Assembly: GCA_041577335.1 (NCBI GenBank)
Contig: JBFGJH010000008.1
Location: forward strand, 51,515 to 71,514
Direction of reading: 5' to 3'
DNA length: 20,000 bases
From: Acidimicrobiia bacterium
GTDB taxonomy: Bacteria > Actinomycetota > Acidimicrobiia > Spongiisociales > JAENVV01
Shown here piece by piece: positions 1 to 9,001 of this stretch. Every line of letters begins with the position of its first letter. The first letter of the stretch is position 1. The notes beneath the pieces are model-generated. The model was given only the letters and a program-made list of their open reading frames with translations, was not told the origin of the DNA and searched no databases. The position numbers were made by a program, and so were the translations under genes.

Positions 1-836
1 CGCAGCGCGTCGAGGTCGACTTGATCCCGTTCGTCATACACCGGCTGGCCGAGGTCATCGGTCACCCGAGGACCACGGGGAGGAGCATTGTGACCTCCCG
101 CCGTCGGCGCCTCGACCACAAAGCCGTCAGGAGGCTCGGGCAAGGCTGCCAAACCTGCGGCGAGATCGACGGACGCAACGATGCCGAGGAAGTCCGGCCG
201 TGAGATCTCGACCGGACGCCCTTGGTGGATGAGAACCGGATCGAACGAGATCGACACCTCAGCGTCCGACGACTTCAACCCCTGGACCCGGACCGGCAAG
301 GAGACGGACTCATGTCGGGCGAGCCGGGTGATCATGGGGGGAAGATCCATCGGGTTGCCCGCTCCGACGATCACATAGTCGACGCCGGCCAGCATCGCCC
401 CGTAGAGGGAACATGGAATGGGCAGCTCGATCTTGCGAAGGAAGTTGATACCGACCGGGCCATCGTGGCCTTCCTTGGCGAGGAAGACCTCGGCGAAGTT
501 CGCCGCCACGGTCAGCTCCACGAGGGCGTCGTTTGGCTCGACGGTGAACGTCCTCACGTTCTTGAACGGCACATCCTGGGGCTTCCCGCCCGGTATGAAG
601 TAAGTGTCGACGATCCGTTCGGCTATCGCTGGATACGGAAATGCTGCGAGTGCCCGGCGCACGTGTCCACCTTCGTCGCCGAGTTGGAGACGGCGGGCCA
701 TGACGACTTCGAGAATCGTGCCGGAAACAACGCCGAGTTGGCCGCGACCTGCAACGGCTCGGGCCAACGCCCATCCGGAGATGGCGACGCCCATACCTCC
801 CTGGATGATGCGCGGAAGCTGAGCGTGTGTATGCAT
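1..836 (-). CDS. Nitronate monooxygenase / 2-nitropropane dioxygenase-family flavoprotein (3' end runs off the window)
   Basis: Absent from the ORF track because it is incomplete. Manual translation from ATG 836 gives MHTHAQLPRIIQGGMGVAISGWALARAVA...GPVGINFLRKI...GFVVEAPTAGGHNAPPRG. IIQGGMG and VVE-x-x-x-AGGH are NMO-family motifs. Confidence 0.9.
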   Translation of the reverse strand, partial: MHTHAQLPRIIQGGMGVAISGWALARAVAGRGQLGVVSGTILEVVMARRLQLGDEGGHVRRALAAFPYPAIAERIVDTYFIPGGKPQDVPFKNVRTFTVEPNDALVELTVAANFAEVFLAKEGHDGPVGINFLRKIELPIPCSLYGAMLAGVDYVIVGAGNPMDLPPMITRLARHESVSLPVRVQGLKSSDAEVSISFDPVLIHQGRPVEISRPDFLGIVASVDLAAGLAALPEPPDGFVVEAPTAGGHNAPPRGPRVTDDLGQPVYDERDQVDLDAL

Positions 837-924
837 GGAGGATGATCCTCTGCCGACGGCCGAGAGAAGAACCCGGAGTCCCCTCCCCTGCCTATTCGAC
901 CTGGGTGACGCCGGTTGGATACCA

Positions 925-930
925 ATTGTA
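925..930 (-). promoter_or_regulatory. Candidate sigma-A -10 element (TACAAT) for the NMO-family gene
   Basis: Near-consensus TACAAT on the minus strand, about 90 nt upstream of ATG 836. Confidence 0.45.
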
Positions 931-1174
931 GGCGGATTCGCCGTGCGGAGTCGGAGAGGTCGTGCGATCGTACGGCGACGACCGAGCCCGCCTCGGAGTC
1001 ACCGGCGAGAACGACGAGGATCGTCGCCCAGCACGACGGCTTGAGTCATGACTCGAAGCTTCGGATAGACAAGCCCGGCTGTGCGGGTGTCCGGAACCCG
1101 GTTACCCGCCCTGAGGAGGTTTCCCATCGAGCAGGGCCGGCGCAGGTCGCCATGTCGGGGATGCCATCAATACC

Positions 1175-2473
1175 ATGGTGTGGGCCATGAAAGCCCTCAA
1201 GCCGTACGCATTGCTCGATCGGGTTCGGGACAGCCAATTTCTCGTGCCCGCTCTCTTCATCGTGGCGAGCATCGCGCTGGTCTTCGCCGCCAACTTGCTC
1301 AACGGGAATCTCACCGATGGCGACATCCCATATCTGGTGCCTGCAACGATCCCGTCGGCTCGGACGATGCTCGGCACCATTGCGGGTGCCATCATCACCG
1401 TCGCGGCAGTCGTCTTTTCTTTGACGGCGCTCACTGTGCAGATGGCGGCGAGCCAATACTCGCCGCGAGTCATTCAGGGATTTCTCCGAGACCGATTCCA
1501 GCAGGTCGTGCTGGGAGTCGTCATCGGCACATTCACGTTTGCTCTGGTAGGACTGGCCTCACTGGGAGCCGACCCCGCCGACGGCGCCCGCGCCGACTGG
1601 ACGGCAACGATCGGCGTCGTTCTAGGGGTGGGCTCCGCCTTGCTGATCGTCGCCTACATCGATCATGTAACCCGTCGAATCCGAATCGACGACACGATCA
1701 AGCGGTTGGCGGGCCAGACCGAGGCTGCGCTCCGGCAGATGCCGGAATCCGGTTCATCGCTTGCCAACCAATCCTGGCAAATCGGTGACGATATCGAATC
1801 GTCCGCCGTGCGATCGACGAGCGCCGGGTGGGTCCAGCGGATCGACTTGGCCGAGTTGGCGGAGGCACTCCCACCAGGCGCAATTGGGAGAATCGAGCAG
1901 CTCAGCGGCACGTATGCGGTTGCCGGGACCCGCCTGTTGACGGTCTGGCAGGAAGGCGGAGCGATCGAGCTCGATACAGACCGAGTTCGGAACGCTTTCA
2001 CGATCGGGGGGACTCGGGCGATCGATCGAGACGATCCCGCGTTCGGGGTGCGGCTGCTCGTCGATATTGCGCTGCGAGCTCTCAGCCCTGGTATCAATGA
2101 CCCGGCCACGGCGGCGGATGTTGTACGCCACCTCGCTGGGCCGATTCGGAGCGCCTACCTCGACACCGAGATTCACGGTTCGTACGTGCACGCGAACGGA
2201 ACGCGTCTCGCCCAGCCCGGTGTCCTTCAGCCGAGCGACTACGTGCATCTCGCCTATTCGGAGATCCGTTTTGCCTCGTCTGGTCAAGCCACCGTGCTGA
2301 TGGCGCTGGCCGAGTCGCTCACCGCCCTTCACGAATCGTTGACTGCAGCCGGCGTCGGCGCCACTGCGATCGAGAGAGAGCTCGAGTTGGTGCGTCATAC
2401 CGTGGATGCCTCGCCGCTCGTCGAAGCAGACCGGCGGCCCATCCTGACGGTGCTCGATCGGACGCTGGACTGA
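1175..2473 (+). CDS. DUF2254-family predicted membrane protein (start may be ATG 1187)
   Basis: Four N-terminal hydrophobic segments; motifs LTVQMAASQYSPR and LVDIALRALSPGINDPATA typical of DUF2254. Confidence 0.88.
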   Translation: MVWAMKALKPYALLDRVRDSQFLVPALFIVASIALVFAANLLNGNLTDGDIPYLVPATIPSARTMLGTIAGAIITVAAVVFSLTALTVQMAASQYSPRVIQGFLRDRFQQVVLGVVIGTFTFALVGLASLGADPADGARADWTATIGVVLGVGSALLIVAYIDHVTRRIRIDDTIKRLAGQTEAALRQMPESGSSLANQSWQIGDDIESSAVRSTSAGWVQRIDLAELAEALPPGAIGRIEQLSGTYAVAGTRLLTVWQEGGAIELDTDRVRNAFTIGGTRAIDRDDPAFGVRLLVDIALRALSPGINDPATAADVVRHLAGPIRSAYLDTEIHGSYVHANGTRLAQPGVLQPSDYVHLAYSEIRFASSGQATVLMALAESLTALHESLTAAGVGATAIERELELVRHTVDASPLVEADRRPILTVLDRTLD

Positions 2474-2476
2474 GCC

Positions 2477-3985
2477 TCAACGCGGGAAGCGGCGTCGGCT
2501 CTCCAAGTCGTTGAGGTCGAGATGATTGCGCATGTAGCTGTCGGAAGCACCGCTCGGTGGCTCGTACTCCCACGGAACGAACGTTCCTTTCCGCAATGAT
2601 CGGTCGACGAGCCGACGCCGGCGCTGGCTTTCCAGGACGGCGCCTTGGATGGCAACCGGATCCCAGCGACGTTCCAGCAGCGCATGCAACTCCTCGAGCT
2701 TCGCAGCCGAATGCGGATCGTCGGCGAGATTGACGAGTTCGTCGGCATCTGCCGACAGGTCGAAGAGCTGGGGAGGATCCTCTGAGCACCACACATATTT
2801 GTGCGACCCTTTGCGCACCATGAGCAGCGGGGCGACGGTGCCCTCGCCGAGATATTCGCCGTACACCACCCGGTCGGGCTCGGCCTCTCCGTTTATCAAC
2901 GGCTCGAGGCTCGACCCCTCCAAATCGTCGGCGCTCGAGCTATTTGAAAAGCCGGCCAACGTTGGCGCCATGTCGAGCAGCGAAACGGGCTCGCTCACCC
3001 GACGAGGCTCGATCCGCCCAGGGGCCCACACGATCAGCGGGATTCGTGCGGAGTGCTCGAAGAACGTCATCTTGTACCACAGACCCCGCTCCCCCAACAT
3101 GTCACCATGGTCGGCGGTGAAGATCACGACCGTGTCATCGGCCATACCGAAGCCATCGAGTGTCTCCATGAGCTTGCCGACCCAATCATCGATGTACGAG
3201 ACGGCGGCGTAGTAGGCGTGGCGCGCATTTCGCACGTCGTCGTCGGTGATGTCGGCTGAGTCCATGTCTGACACGTGGCGCAGTCGCCGGCTGTGCGGAT
3301 CGGTTTGCTCGCCCGAGATCGGGCCCACTGTGGGAAGGTCGATATCATCGTGGTTGTAGCGGTCCCAGTATTCCTGACGCACGGCATAGGGATCATGGGG
3401 GTGCGTGAAAGAAGCCGTGAGCATCCATGGCCGCTCATCGTCGATCCGTGCCAGGTCGCGCAGCTTACGAACTGCCTGGTGGCCAACCTCATCGTCGTAG
3501 TCGAGCTGATTCGTAGCTTCGGCCACTCCAGCGTTCGACACCGCATCCATGTTGTGGAACCACCACTCGAAACGGTTCTCAGGGTCGTCCCAACTCGGGG
3601 TCCAGCCGAAATCGGCCGGATATATGTCCGTGGTAACGCGCTCCTCGAAGCCGTGCAGCTGATCAGGACCGACAAAGTGCATCTTGCCCGCCAGGCAGGT
3701 GCGGTACCCGGCATCGCGCAGCCCGTGAGCAAAGGTCGGAATGGACGCCGGCCATTCGGCGGCGTTGTCGTAGACCCCGGTGCTCGACCCGAGGCGTCCG
3801 GTCATCATGGCCGCTCGCGACGGGCCGCACAAAGGACTGTTGGTGTATGCCGCATCGAACACGACACCTTCGTTCGCGAGCCGATCGAGGTGGGGCGCCT
3901 GCACCACCCGATGCCCGTACGGCGGCAGGAACTGTGGGGCCAGTTGATCGGCCATGATGAGCAGGATGTTGGGACGCCGTTCCAC
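2477..3985 (-). CDS. betC: Choline sulfatase (formylglycine-dependent sulfatase)
   Basis: PNILLIMADQL, sulfatase signature SPLCGPSRAAMMTG (CxPxR), GKMHFVGPDQLHGFEERVTTDIYPADFGWTP and C-terminal YMRNHLDLNDLE match BetC. Start moved to GTG 3985 (502 aa), 7 nt after TAACGT. Confidence 0.92.
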   Translation of the reverse strand: MERRPNILLIMADQLAPQFLPPYGHRVVQAPHLDRLANEGVVFDAAYTNSPLCGPSRAAMMTGRLGSSTGVYDNAAEWPASIPTFAHGLRDAGYRTCLAGKMHFVGPDQLHGFEERVTTDIYPADFGWTPSWDDPENRFEWWFHNMDAVSNAGVAEATNQLDYDDEVGHQAVRKLRDLARIDDERPWMLTASFTHPHDPYAVRQEYWDRYNHDDIDLPTVGPISGEQTDPHSRRLRHVSDMDSADITDDDVRNARHAYYAAVSYIDDWVGKLMETLDGFGMADDTVVIFTADHGDMLGERGLWYKMTFFEHSARIPLIVWAPGRIEPRRVSEPVSLLDMAPTLAGFSNSSSADDLEGSSLEPLINGEAEPDRVVYGEYLGEGTVAPLLMVRKGSHKYVWCSEDPPQLFDLSADADELVNLADDPHSAAKLEELHALLERRWDPVAIQGAVLESQRRRRLVDRSLRKGTFVPWEYEPPSGASDSYMRNHLDLNDLESRRRFPR

Positions 3986-4226
3986 GGTGCCGACGTTAGC
4001 CCCGGCACGGCGCCAATCGCCGCCCCACGCCGCTTTCGGAGTCATCCGATTGAACGATGGCGAAGGTCCTCGCGGACGATCGGTGAAGCCGGGATTGCCG
4101 GGACCGAAATTCCGTCTCGGAGACCTGGCCTACGTCCTCCTCCTCGAAGCTGACGTAAAACCGACCGAGCATCCCCGGCTTGGGAATTGAGATATGACCG
4201 GTGTCGGTCGCCGATATGCTCCTGGC

Positions 4227-5216
4227 ATGGATCGTGACAACCCGGGAGCTGTGACCTGGCGACCGCTCGGCGAAGGCGACCTCGATGACCTGTTCGCTCT
4301 CTATCAGCGTTGGGAATCGGAAGTGGGCCAGTCCTATCGAACGTCACGAGCCGAGCTCGAGCACGAGATGGCCGAGCCAGATACCGATCTGTCCAATGAC
4401 ACTCTCGTCGCCGTCGACACCCACGGAGCCATGGTGGCCTCGGTGTGGCTCAAGTTCCGATCGCGCCCTGGCCTGAAGCACCGTGTCGACGTCATGACCA
4501 CCGCGATCGATGGCTACGGTCACTGCGAGATCGAGGCGCTGGAATGGGCCCACAAAGAGGCCCAGAAACGCCTTCGCGATGCGAATGATCAACTCCCCCG
4601 CGTCATCAGGGGCTACGCCGAGACCACCGCAACGTCGAAACTTGCCCGCTACGAATCACTCGGCTTCGAAATCGTCCGGTACTTCGTGGACATGGCCCGT
4701 CCCGCTGACGCCCATGTCGGGACCGAGACGATCCCAGACGACGTAGAGATCGTCGCGTGGGACGATCAATGGGCACGTTCTACGTTCGACACCGAAGTCG
4801 AAGCGTTCGCCGATCACTGGGGGGTCTTGCCGCCTACGTGGGAAGAGTTCCAGCATCGACTCGCCTGGCCGGGATCCCGCCTCGATCTATCGGTCCTGGC
4901 CATCGCCCACGGTCAGGTGGTTTCGTATTGCCTCAACGGGGTTTACCCCCAGGACTTCGAAGTTCGCGGCCGCAGCCAGGGGTGGATCGAGACGCTCGGC
5001 ACCCTGCGGCCGTGGCGTAGGCAGGGCCTGGCCTCGGCGTTGGTGAACGAGTCGATACGCCGATTCGCCACGGAAGGGCTGGAATACGCGGCCATCGGGG
5101 TCGACGCGGCCAACCCCACCGGGGCGTTCGGGCTCTACGAACGACTTGGTTTCACCGAGGAGACGCGGTCGGTGGCGCTCATGAAGTCAATCGAAGTGGC
5201 CGGGTCAGCGAGCTGA
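4227..5216 (+). CDS. Tandem-domain GNAT-family N-acetyltransferase
   Basis: C-terminal acetyl-CoA motif LGTLRPWRRQGLASAL and GVDAANPTGAFGLYERLGF; degenerate first GNAT domain (RYESLGF). Start ATG 4227 lies 6 nt after TATGCT. Confidence 0.88.
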   Translation: MDRDNPGAVTWRPLGEGDLDDLFALYQRWESEVGQSYRTSRAELEHEMAEPDTDLSNDTLVAVDTHGAMVASVWLKFRSRPGLKHRVDVMTTAIDGYGHCEIEALEWAHKEAQKRLRDANDQLPRVIRGYAETTATSKLARYESLGFEIVRYFVDMARPADAHVGTETIPDDVEIVAWDDQWARSTFDTEVEAFADHWGVLPPTWEEFQHRLAWPGSRLDLSVLAIAHGQVVSYCLNGVYPQDFEVRGRSQGWIETLGTLRPWRRQGLASALVNESIRRFATEGLEYAAIGVDAANPTGAFGLYERLGFTEETRSVALMKSIEVAGSAS

Positions 5217-5232
5217 CGAGATCGCTGACCCG
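5201..5232 (+). terminator. 11-bp inverted repeat spanning the GNAT stop codon; possible terminator without a U-tract
   Basis: CGGGTCAGCGA (5201-5211) / TCGCTGACCCG (5222-5232). Confidence 0.4.
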
Positions 5233-5319
5233 AACTATTGCAGAGCCCGACAACGTTTGGGTTCGGCGCTCGACACGGGAACCTGATAGAACGGGTCCCA
5301 CCACTGCCGAGGGGACATT

Positions 5320-6156
5320 GTGAATCGAATTGTCGTGACAGGAGGGAGCGGAAAGGCTGGGCGTGCCGTCGTTGCGGACCTCGACGCGCATGGATATGAC
5401 GTCGTCAATGTGGACGTGGCCGCCTCCAGAGACCCCGACGCTCCGACAATCATTGCCGACCTCACCGACCTCGGTCAGGTGTACGACATCCTCGGCGGCG
5501 CCGATTCGGTGATTCATCTCGCCGCGATTCCCGCTCCCAACGTGCTCCCCGACGGTGAGACGTTCACCATCAACACGATCTCCACCTACAACGTCTTCTC
5601 GGCAGCCACCAAGCTGGGGTTGGAAAGAGTCGTGTGGGCCTCGTCGGAAACTCTGATCGGAATTCCGTTCGAACGCGAACAACCCCGGTACGCACCCATC
5701 GACGAGGCCCACGTGCGCCTCCCCGAGTTCCACTACGCCCTCTCCAAGCTCGTCGGCGAAGAAATGGCTTCGCAGTTTGCCCGCTGGTCCGAGATCCCGT
5801 TTGTCTCGCTCCGGTACTCCAACATCATGGAGCCGGCCGACTACCAACGCTTCCCTGGCTTCTGGGACCATCCGGCGATCCGGGCCTGGAACCTGTGGGG
5901 ATACGTCGACGCCCGGGACGTCGCTCAAGCAACCCGTCTTGCCCTGGAGGCCGACACGGTGGGAAATGAGGCCTTTCTCGTAGCAGCAGCCGACACATGC
6001 ATGACCACCTCGAGCGCCGACCTCATGGCAGCGGTCTATCCAAACGTGCCGCTACAACCGGTCGGAGACCACGAGACATTGCTGTCGATAGAAAAAGCCA
6101 GACAGATCCTGGGATATCAGCCGACCCACTCGTGGCGAGACCACATCTCGGCCTGA
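5320..6156 (+). CDS. NAD-dependent epimerase/dehydratase (extended SDR)
   Basis: Rossmann motif VTGGSGKAG, VIHLAA, catalytic YALSK; GAGGGG RBS upstream of GTG. Confidence 0.9.
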   Translation: MNRIVVTGGSGKAGRAVVADLDAHGYDVVNVDVAASRDPDAPTIIADLTDLGQVYDILGGADSVIHLAAIPAPNVLPDGETFTINTISTYNVFSAATKLGLERVVWASSETLIGIPFEREQPRYAPIDEAHVRLPEFHYALSKLVGEEMASQFARWSEIPFVSLRYSNIMEPADYQRFPGFWDHPAIRAWNLWGYVDARDVAQATRLALEADTVGNEAFLVAAADTCMTTSSADLMAAVYPNVPLQPVGDHETLLSIEKARQILGYQPTHSWRDHISA

Positions 6157-6183
6157 CACGGCGCCTTTGGGTAGCGTCCAGTC

Positions 6184-6554
6184 ATGCAAAAATCAACCTC
6201 TTCGGAATCAGCCCCGTCATCCCCGTTCCCGACGTGGCAGCCGCCGTCGACTGGTACGCCACGGCACTCGGGTTCAGAAGAGAACCGCTGAGGGGCGACC
6301 CGCCTACGCACGGTTCGGCCAATCGCGACCGGGTCGGAATCCATTTCACCAAAGCCTCGGACGACTGATCATCCGGTGATTGTCCAGGCTCGGTCTACAT
6401 CTTCATCGATGACGCGGCGGCCCTCGCCGATGAACTAGCCGCCGGCGACGTCATGATCTCCGAGCCTGACGCGGCCAAGGACTACGGCATGATCGAATTC
6501 TCGATTCACGACCTCAACGGCTATCGGATCGTCTTCGGTCAATACGCGACCTGA
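6184..6554 (+). pseudogene. Disrupted VOC/glyoxalase/bleomycin-resistance-family gene
   Basis: One frame reads ISPVIPVPDVAAAVDWYATALGF...IHFTKASDD*SSGDCPGSVYIFIDDAAALADEL...DYGMIEFSIHDLNGYRIVFGQ*, with an in-frame TGA at 6366-6368. The promoter-proximal ATG 6184 is one base out of frame. Confidence 0.8.
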
Positions 6555-6569
6555 CGGCCGGAAGAGGCG

Positions 6570-7085
6570 TCACCCAGGGCCGGCGGATGAGTCGGAATTC
6601 TGCCGTATCGGCTCGAGGCTGAACATCGTCCGCTCGCCCGTGTTGGCGTAGTGGTCGGCAAAGGAGGGCCACACTCTGATCATCTCGGGCCACCAATCGT
6701 CGATTTCTGGCTCATACAGCTCCCTGGAGCTCACTGCGAAAGATCGGCCATGGAGGCTGACACGACCGTGTCCGGCTGCGCGGAGATTGAACACCCACGG
6801 GTTACGGCGCTCTCCCGCTGGACGAGCATTGGCCACGAGGAATCGCTCTCCATCGCGCACGAACACGAGGGGGGTGGTGCGCTCGAGGCCGGATCGCCGT
6901 CCTTCGACGGTGAGGAGCAGCGTTGGGACCACCAAACTCGAAGGGGGAGGAATACGGCCCCGTCCGACTTTCATCACGAGCCTGTCGATGGGGCTGACGA
7001 TATGTTTCACCGCCCACACAAGAATCGGGCTGGACCCTCTCACGGATCTCGCCTCACGGATCTTGTTTGTGGGCGACACAGTCAC
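6570..7085 (-). CDS. Deazaflavin (F420)-dependent oxidoreductase, Ddn/DUF385 nitroreductase family
   Basis: TLLLTVEGRRSGLERTTPL and W-x-x-NLRA motifs; GTGA overlap with the upstream gene's stop. Confidence 0.82.
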   Translation of the reverse strand: MTVSPTNKIREARSVRGSSPILVWAVKHIVSPIDRLVMKVGRGRIPPPSSLVVPTLLLTVEGRRSGLERTTPLVFVRDGERFLVANARPAGERRNPWVFNLRAAGHGRVSLHGRSFAVSSRELYEPEIDDWWPEMIRVWPSFADHYANTGERTMFSLEPIRQNSDSSAGPG

Positions 7086-7732
7086 GGCACCAGCAGCTCT
7101 GCTGCATCTTGCCTTGTTCGCTCGGTCGATCCATCGTTTGGAGCTGCGATGAGCTCTGCGAGCGCCGAGCCGAGAGCGGCTCCGGTCAGGCCTCGGTCAA
7201 TGAGCGAGAACTCGACAGGATCGGAGAGGGGGACGACCCGGAGATAGGCGAAACGAGCGTCGCCGACGATGGGCATGGTGATTTCCCAGAGCTCGGCGTC
7301 CTCGGACCCACCAGTCAGCTCCTCCGAGGATGTCTGCAGCGCCACATGACGCGTGATCGGGCGACGGCCGGCGAGCCGGTGACACAAATACAAATGGCCG
7401 TTGAGGTGGGCATCCTCAGGTTTGGCGTCGGGATAGCGTCCCCACATTTGGTTCCAGTTGTTGCCGAACTCGATCACATCGGGATTGGTTGCCAGCTCGG
7501 CAGCCGCCTCCAGGCTGGCCAAGCGCATGAAATCGACGTGCGTGAACGGGACCGCCGGAGTGGGAGCTCGTACCCGCCAGTTGGCATAGTGCACGACGCC
7601 GGGAGCTTCGTTGAAAAAGGGGTTGTCTACTTCCCGCAGCCACCCTTCGTACCCGCGCGCCAAGGCATCCTCGCGCGGAGTGTGCGGCAACACCACCATG
7701 TGATCGGTATCCGGGTACCCAATTTTTCTCAT
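7082..7732 (-). CDS. Hypothetical protein, possibly a dimeric alpha-beta barrel (EthD/HapK-like N-terminal half)
   Basis: GAAGGGA RBS before ATG 7732; YEGWLREVDNPFFNEAPGVVHY resembles the YExW...P...PGV pattern of EthD/REDY-like proteins. Family assignment is tentative. Confidence 0.7.
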   Translation of the reverse strand: MRKIGYPDTDHMVVLPHTPREDALARGYEGWLREVDNPFFNEAPGVVHYANWRVRAPTPAVPFTHVDFMRLASLEAAAELATNPDVIEFGNNWNQMWGRYPDAKPEDAHLNGHLYLCHRLAGRRPITRHVALQTSSEELTGGSEDAELWEITMPIVGDARFAYLRVVPLSDPVEFSLIDRGLTGAALGSALAELIAAPNDGSTERTRQDAAELLVP

Positions 7733-7819
7733 CTGCAAGTCCCTTCCGAGTCGAAGTTCATGTGACGGCTCTCTCGTCACCGGCGGTGGCGGCGACACTC
7801 GACCCGCCACGTGAGTGGC

Positions 7820-9001
7820 CTAGCCGTGTGCCGAGCGCCGCATAACGGTCTTGAGCCTCCAGATGGCCAGGGCATAGAACACCAGTGCATACCCGACCAG
7901 GATTGCGAGGAATAGAGCAACGTCCCCGAACCCGCCGCCGAATGCAGTCAGCTCCTCGAAGGCCTCCAACGCCCACGCGTGAGGCGTGACGTGAGCAACT
8001 CGATACACGGTGTCGGACAAGACCTCGAGCACGGCGAGGGGATACATGGCGCCGCCGAGGGCGGCCAGGCCTAGTCCGAGCACAACTCCGATGCTGCCTG
8101 CCTGTTGGTCGTTGTTGACGAGCGCTCCCAAGAGCATGGCCGCTCCGCTCGAAACAACCGCGAAGATCACGACGATTGTCACTGCCGCCAAAGGGGCGCC
8201 CCAGGCCACGTCGAAGACGAGCCACGTTCCCAGGAAGATGAACGCGCCCTGGATGAGCCCGATGATGAAGCGGCTCAGCCCCTCGCCGAGGATCACGGTG
8301 CGCGCTGCAGTGGGCGTCGACAACATCCGTTGGGTCACCCCGAGACGGCGCGATTGAACAATGGCGCTGGCACCCAGCAACGTCGTCATGAACATGAACA
8401 GAATGAGCATGGTCTGCGCGGCGACGTCGAACTGCCCCAATCCCCCCAGCTTCCAGGGTTCACCGGTTGACGAAACCTCGATAGCGACCGGAGGCATCGT
8501 CGTCTGGAGCTCTTCGGCTGCTAGGAGCGCAACGTCGAAAGTGGCGAAGCCTCGCTCCTCGGCGAAGCGTGCGGCTCGGAGCAGGGTCGCTTGCTGCGTG
8601 ACGACGGACTCAACGATGGCACCGGCTCCGCCGAGCTGGTCGGAGGCTTTCCCCACGAACTCGAGTTCGGCATTGGCGCCGCTCCTCAGCGTCGCCTCGT
8701 AACCGTTCGGCACGATGAGCACACCCTGTAGCTCGCCTCGTTCGACCGCCCGCACCGCGTCGTCGCGGGAATCGAACTCCACGAGTTCGAAGGATCCGGT
8801 GCCCGCCAGTACCTCCTGCAGCTGAGCGACGAGCGCGTCGGGCTCGGCGGCGACGAAGCCCACTTTGGGGAGGCTGCTGCCACCCGATGCGCCACCCAAC
8901 AACAGGATGAGGACTACTGGCAGCACAAATGTCTGGAAGATGCTCGACCGATCTTTGAAGAAACGGATGAGATTGGTGCGGGCAATGGCGAAGGCTTTCA
9001 T
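7820..9001 (-). CDS. ABC-2 type exporter permease (LnrN/YfiN-like)
   Basis: N-terminal TM, extracytoplasmic domain, C-terminal TM bundle with GVTQRMLSTP and TPHAWALE; ATGA overlap with the upstream permease. Confidence 0.9.
   Translation of the reverse strand: MKAFAIARTNLIRFFKDRSSIFQTFVLPVVLILLLGGASGGSSLPKVGFVAAEPDALVAQLQEVLAGTGSFELVEFDSRDDAVRAVERGELQGVLIVPNGYEATLRSGANAELEFVGKASDQLGGAGAIVESVVTQQATLLRAARFAEERGFATFDVALLAAEELQTTMPPVAIEVSSTGEPWKLGGLGQFDVAAQTMLILFMFMTTLLGASAIVQSRRLGVTQRMLSTPTAARTVILGEGLSRFIIGLIQGAFIFLGTWLVFDVAWGAPLAAVTIVVIFAVVSSGAAMLLGALVNNDQQAGSIGVVLGLGLAALGGAMYPLAVLEVLSDTVYRVAHVTPHAWALEAFEELTAFGGGFGDVALFLAILVGYALVFYALAIWRLKTVMRRSAHG

Noticed and set aside
222..845. Long shadow ORFs such as 222..845 (+), 3275..4153 (+), 13148..14182 (-), 16729..18048 (-) and the N-terminal part of 17525..18394 (+)
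   Set aside because: Antisense or alternate-frame ORFs over well-supported genes, as expected in high-GC DNA; no motifs.
1111..1135. Hammerhead-like CUGAGGA core (+) and HDV-like CCUCCUC (-)
   Set aside because: GAAA is replaced by GAGC after the putative stem II, and the HDV P1/P1.1/P2 pairings cannot be built.
3996..4172. 58-codon minus-strand ORF (MLGRFYVSFEEEDVGQ...) upstream of betC, and the overlapping + ORF 3954..4190
   Set aside because: No recognisable family or good RBS; both overlap the betC promoter region, so neither can be supported.
6366..6410. Selenocysteine read-through of the VOC in-frame TGA
   Set aside because: No convincing SECIS hairpin, the position is a non-catalytic linker, and the start is also frameshifted.
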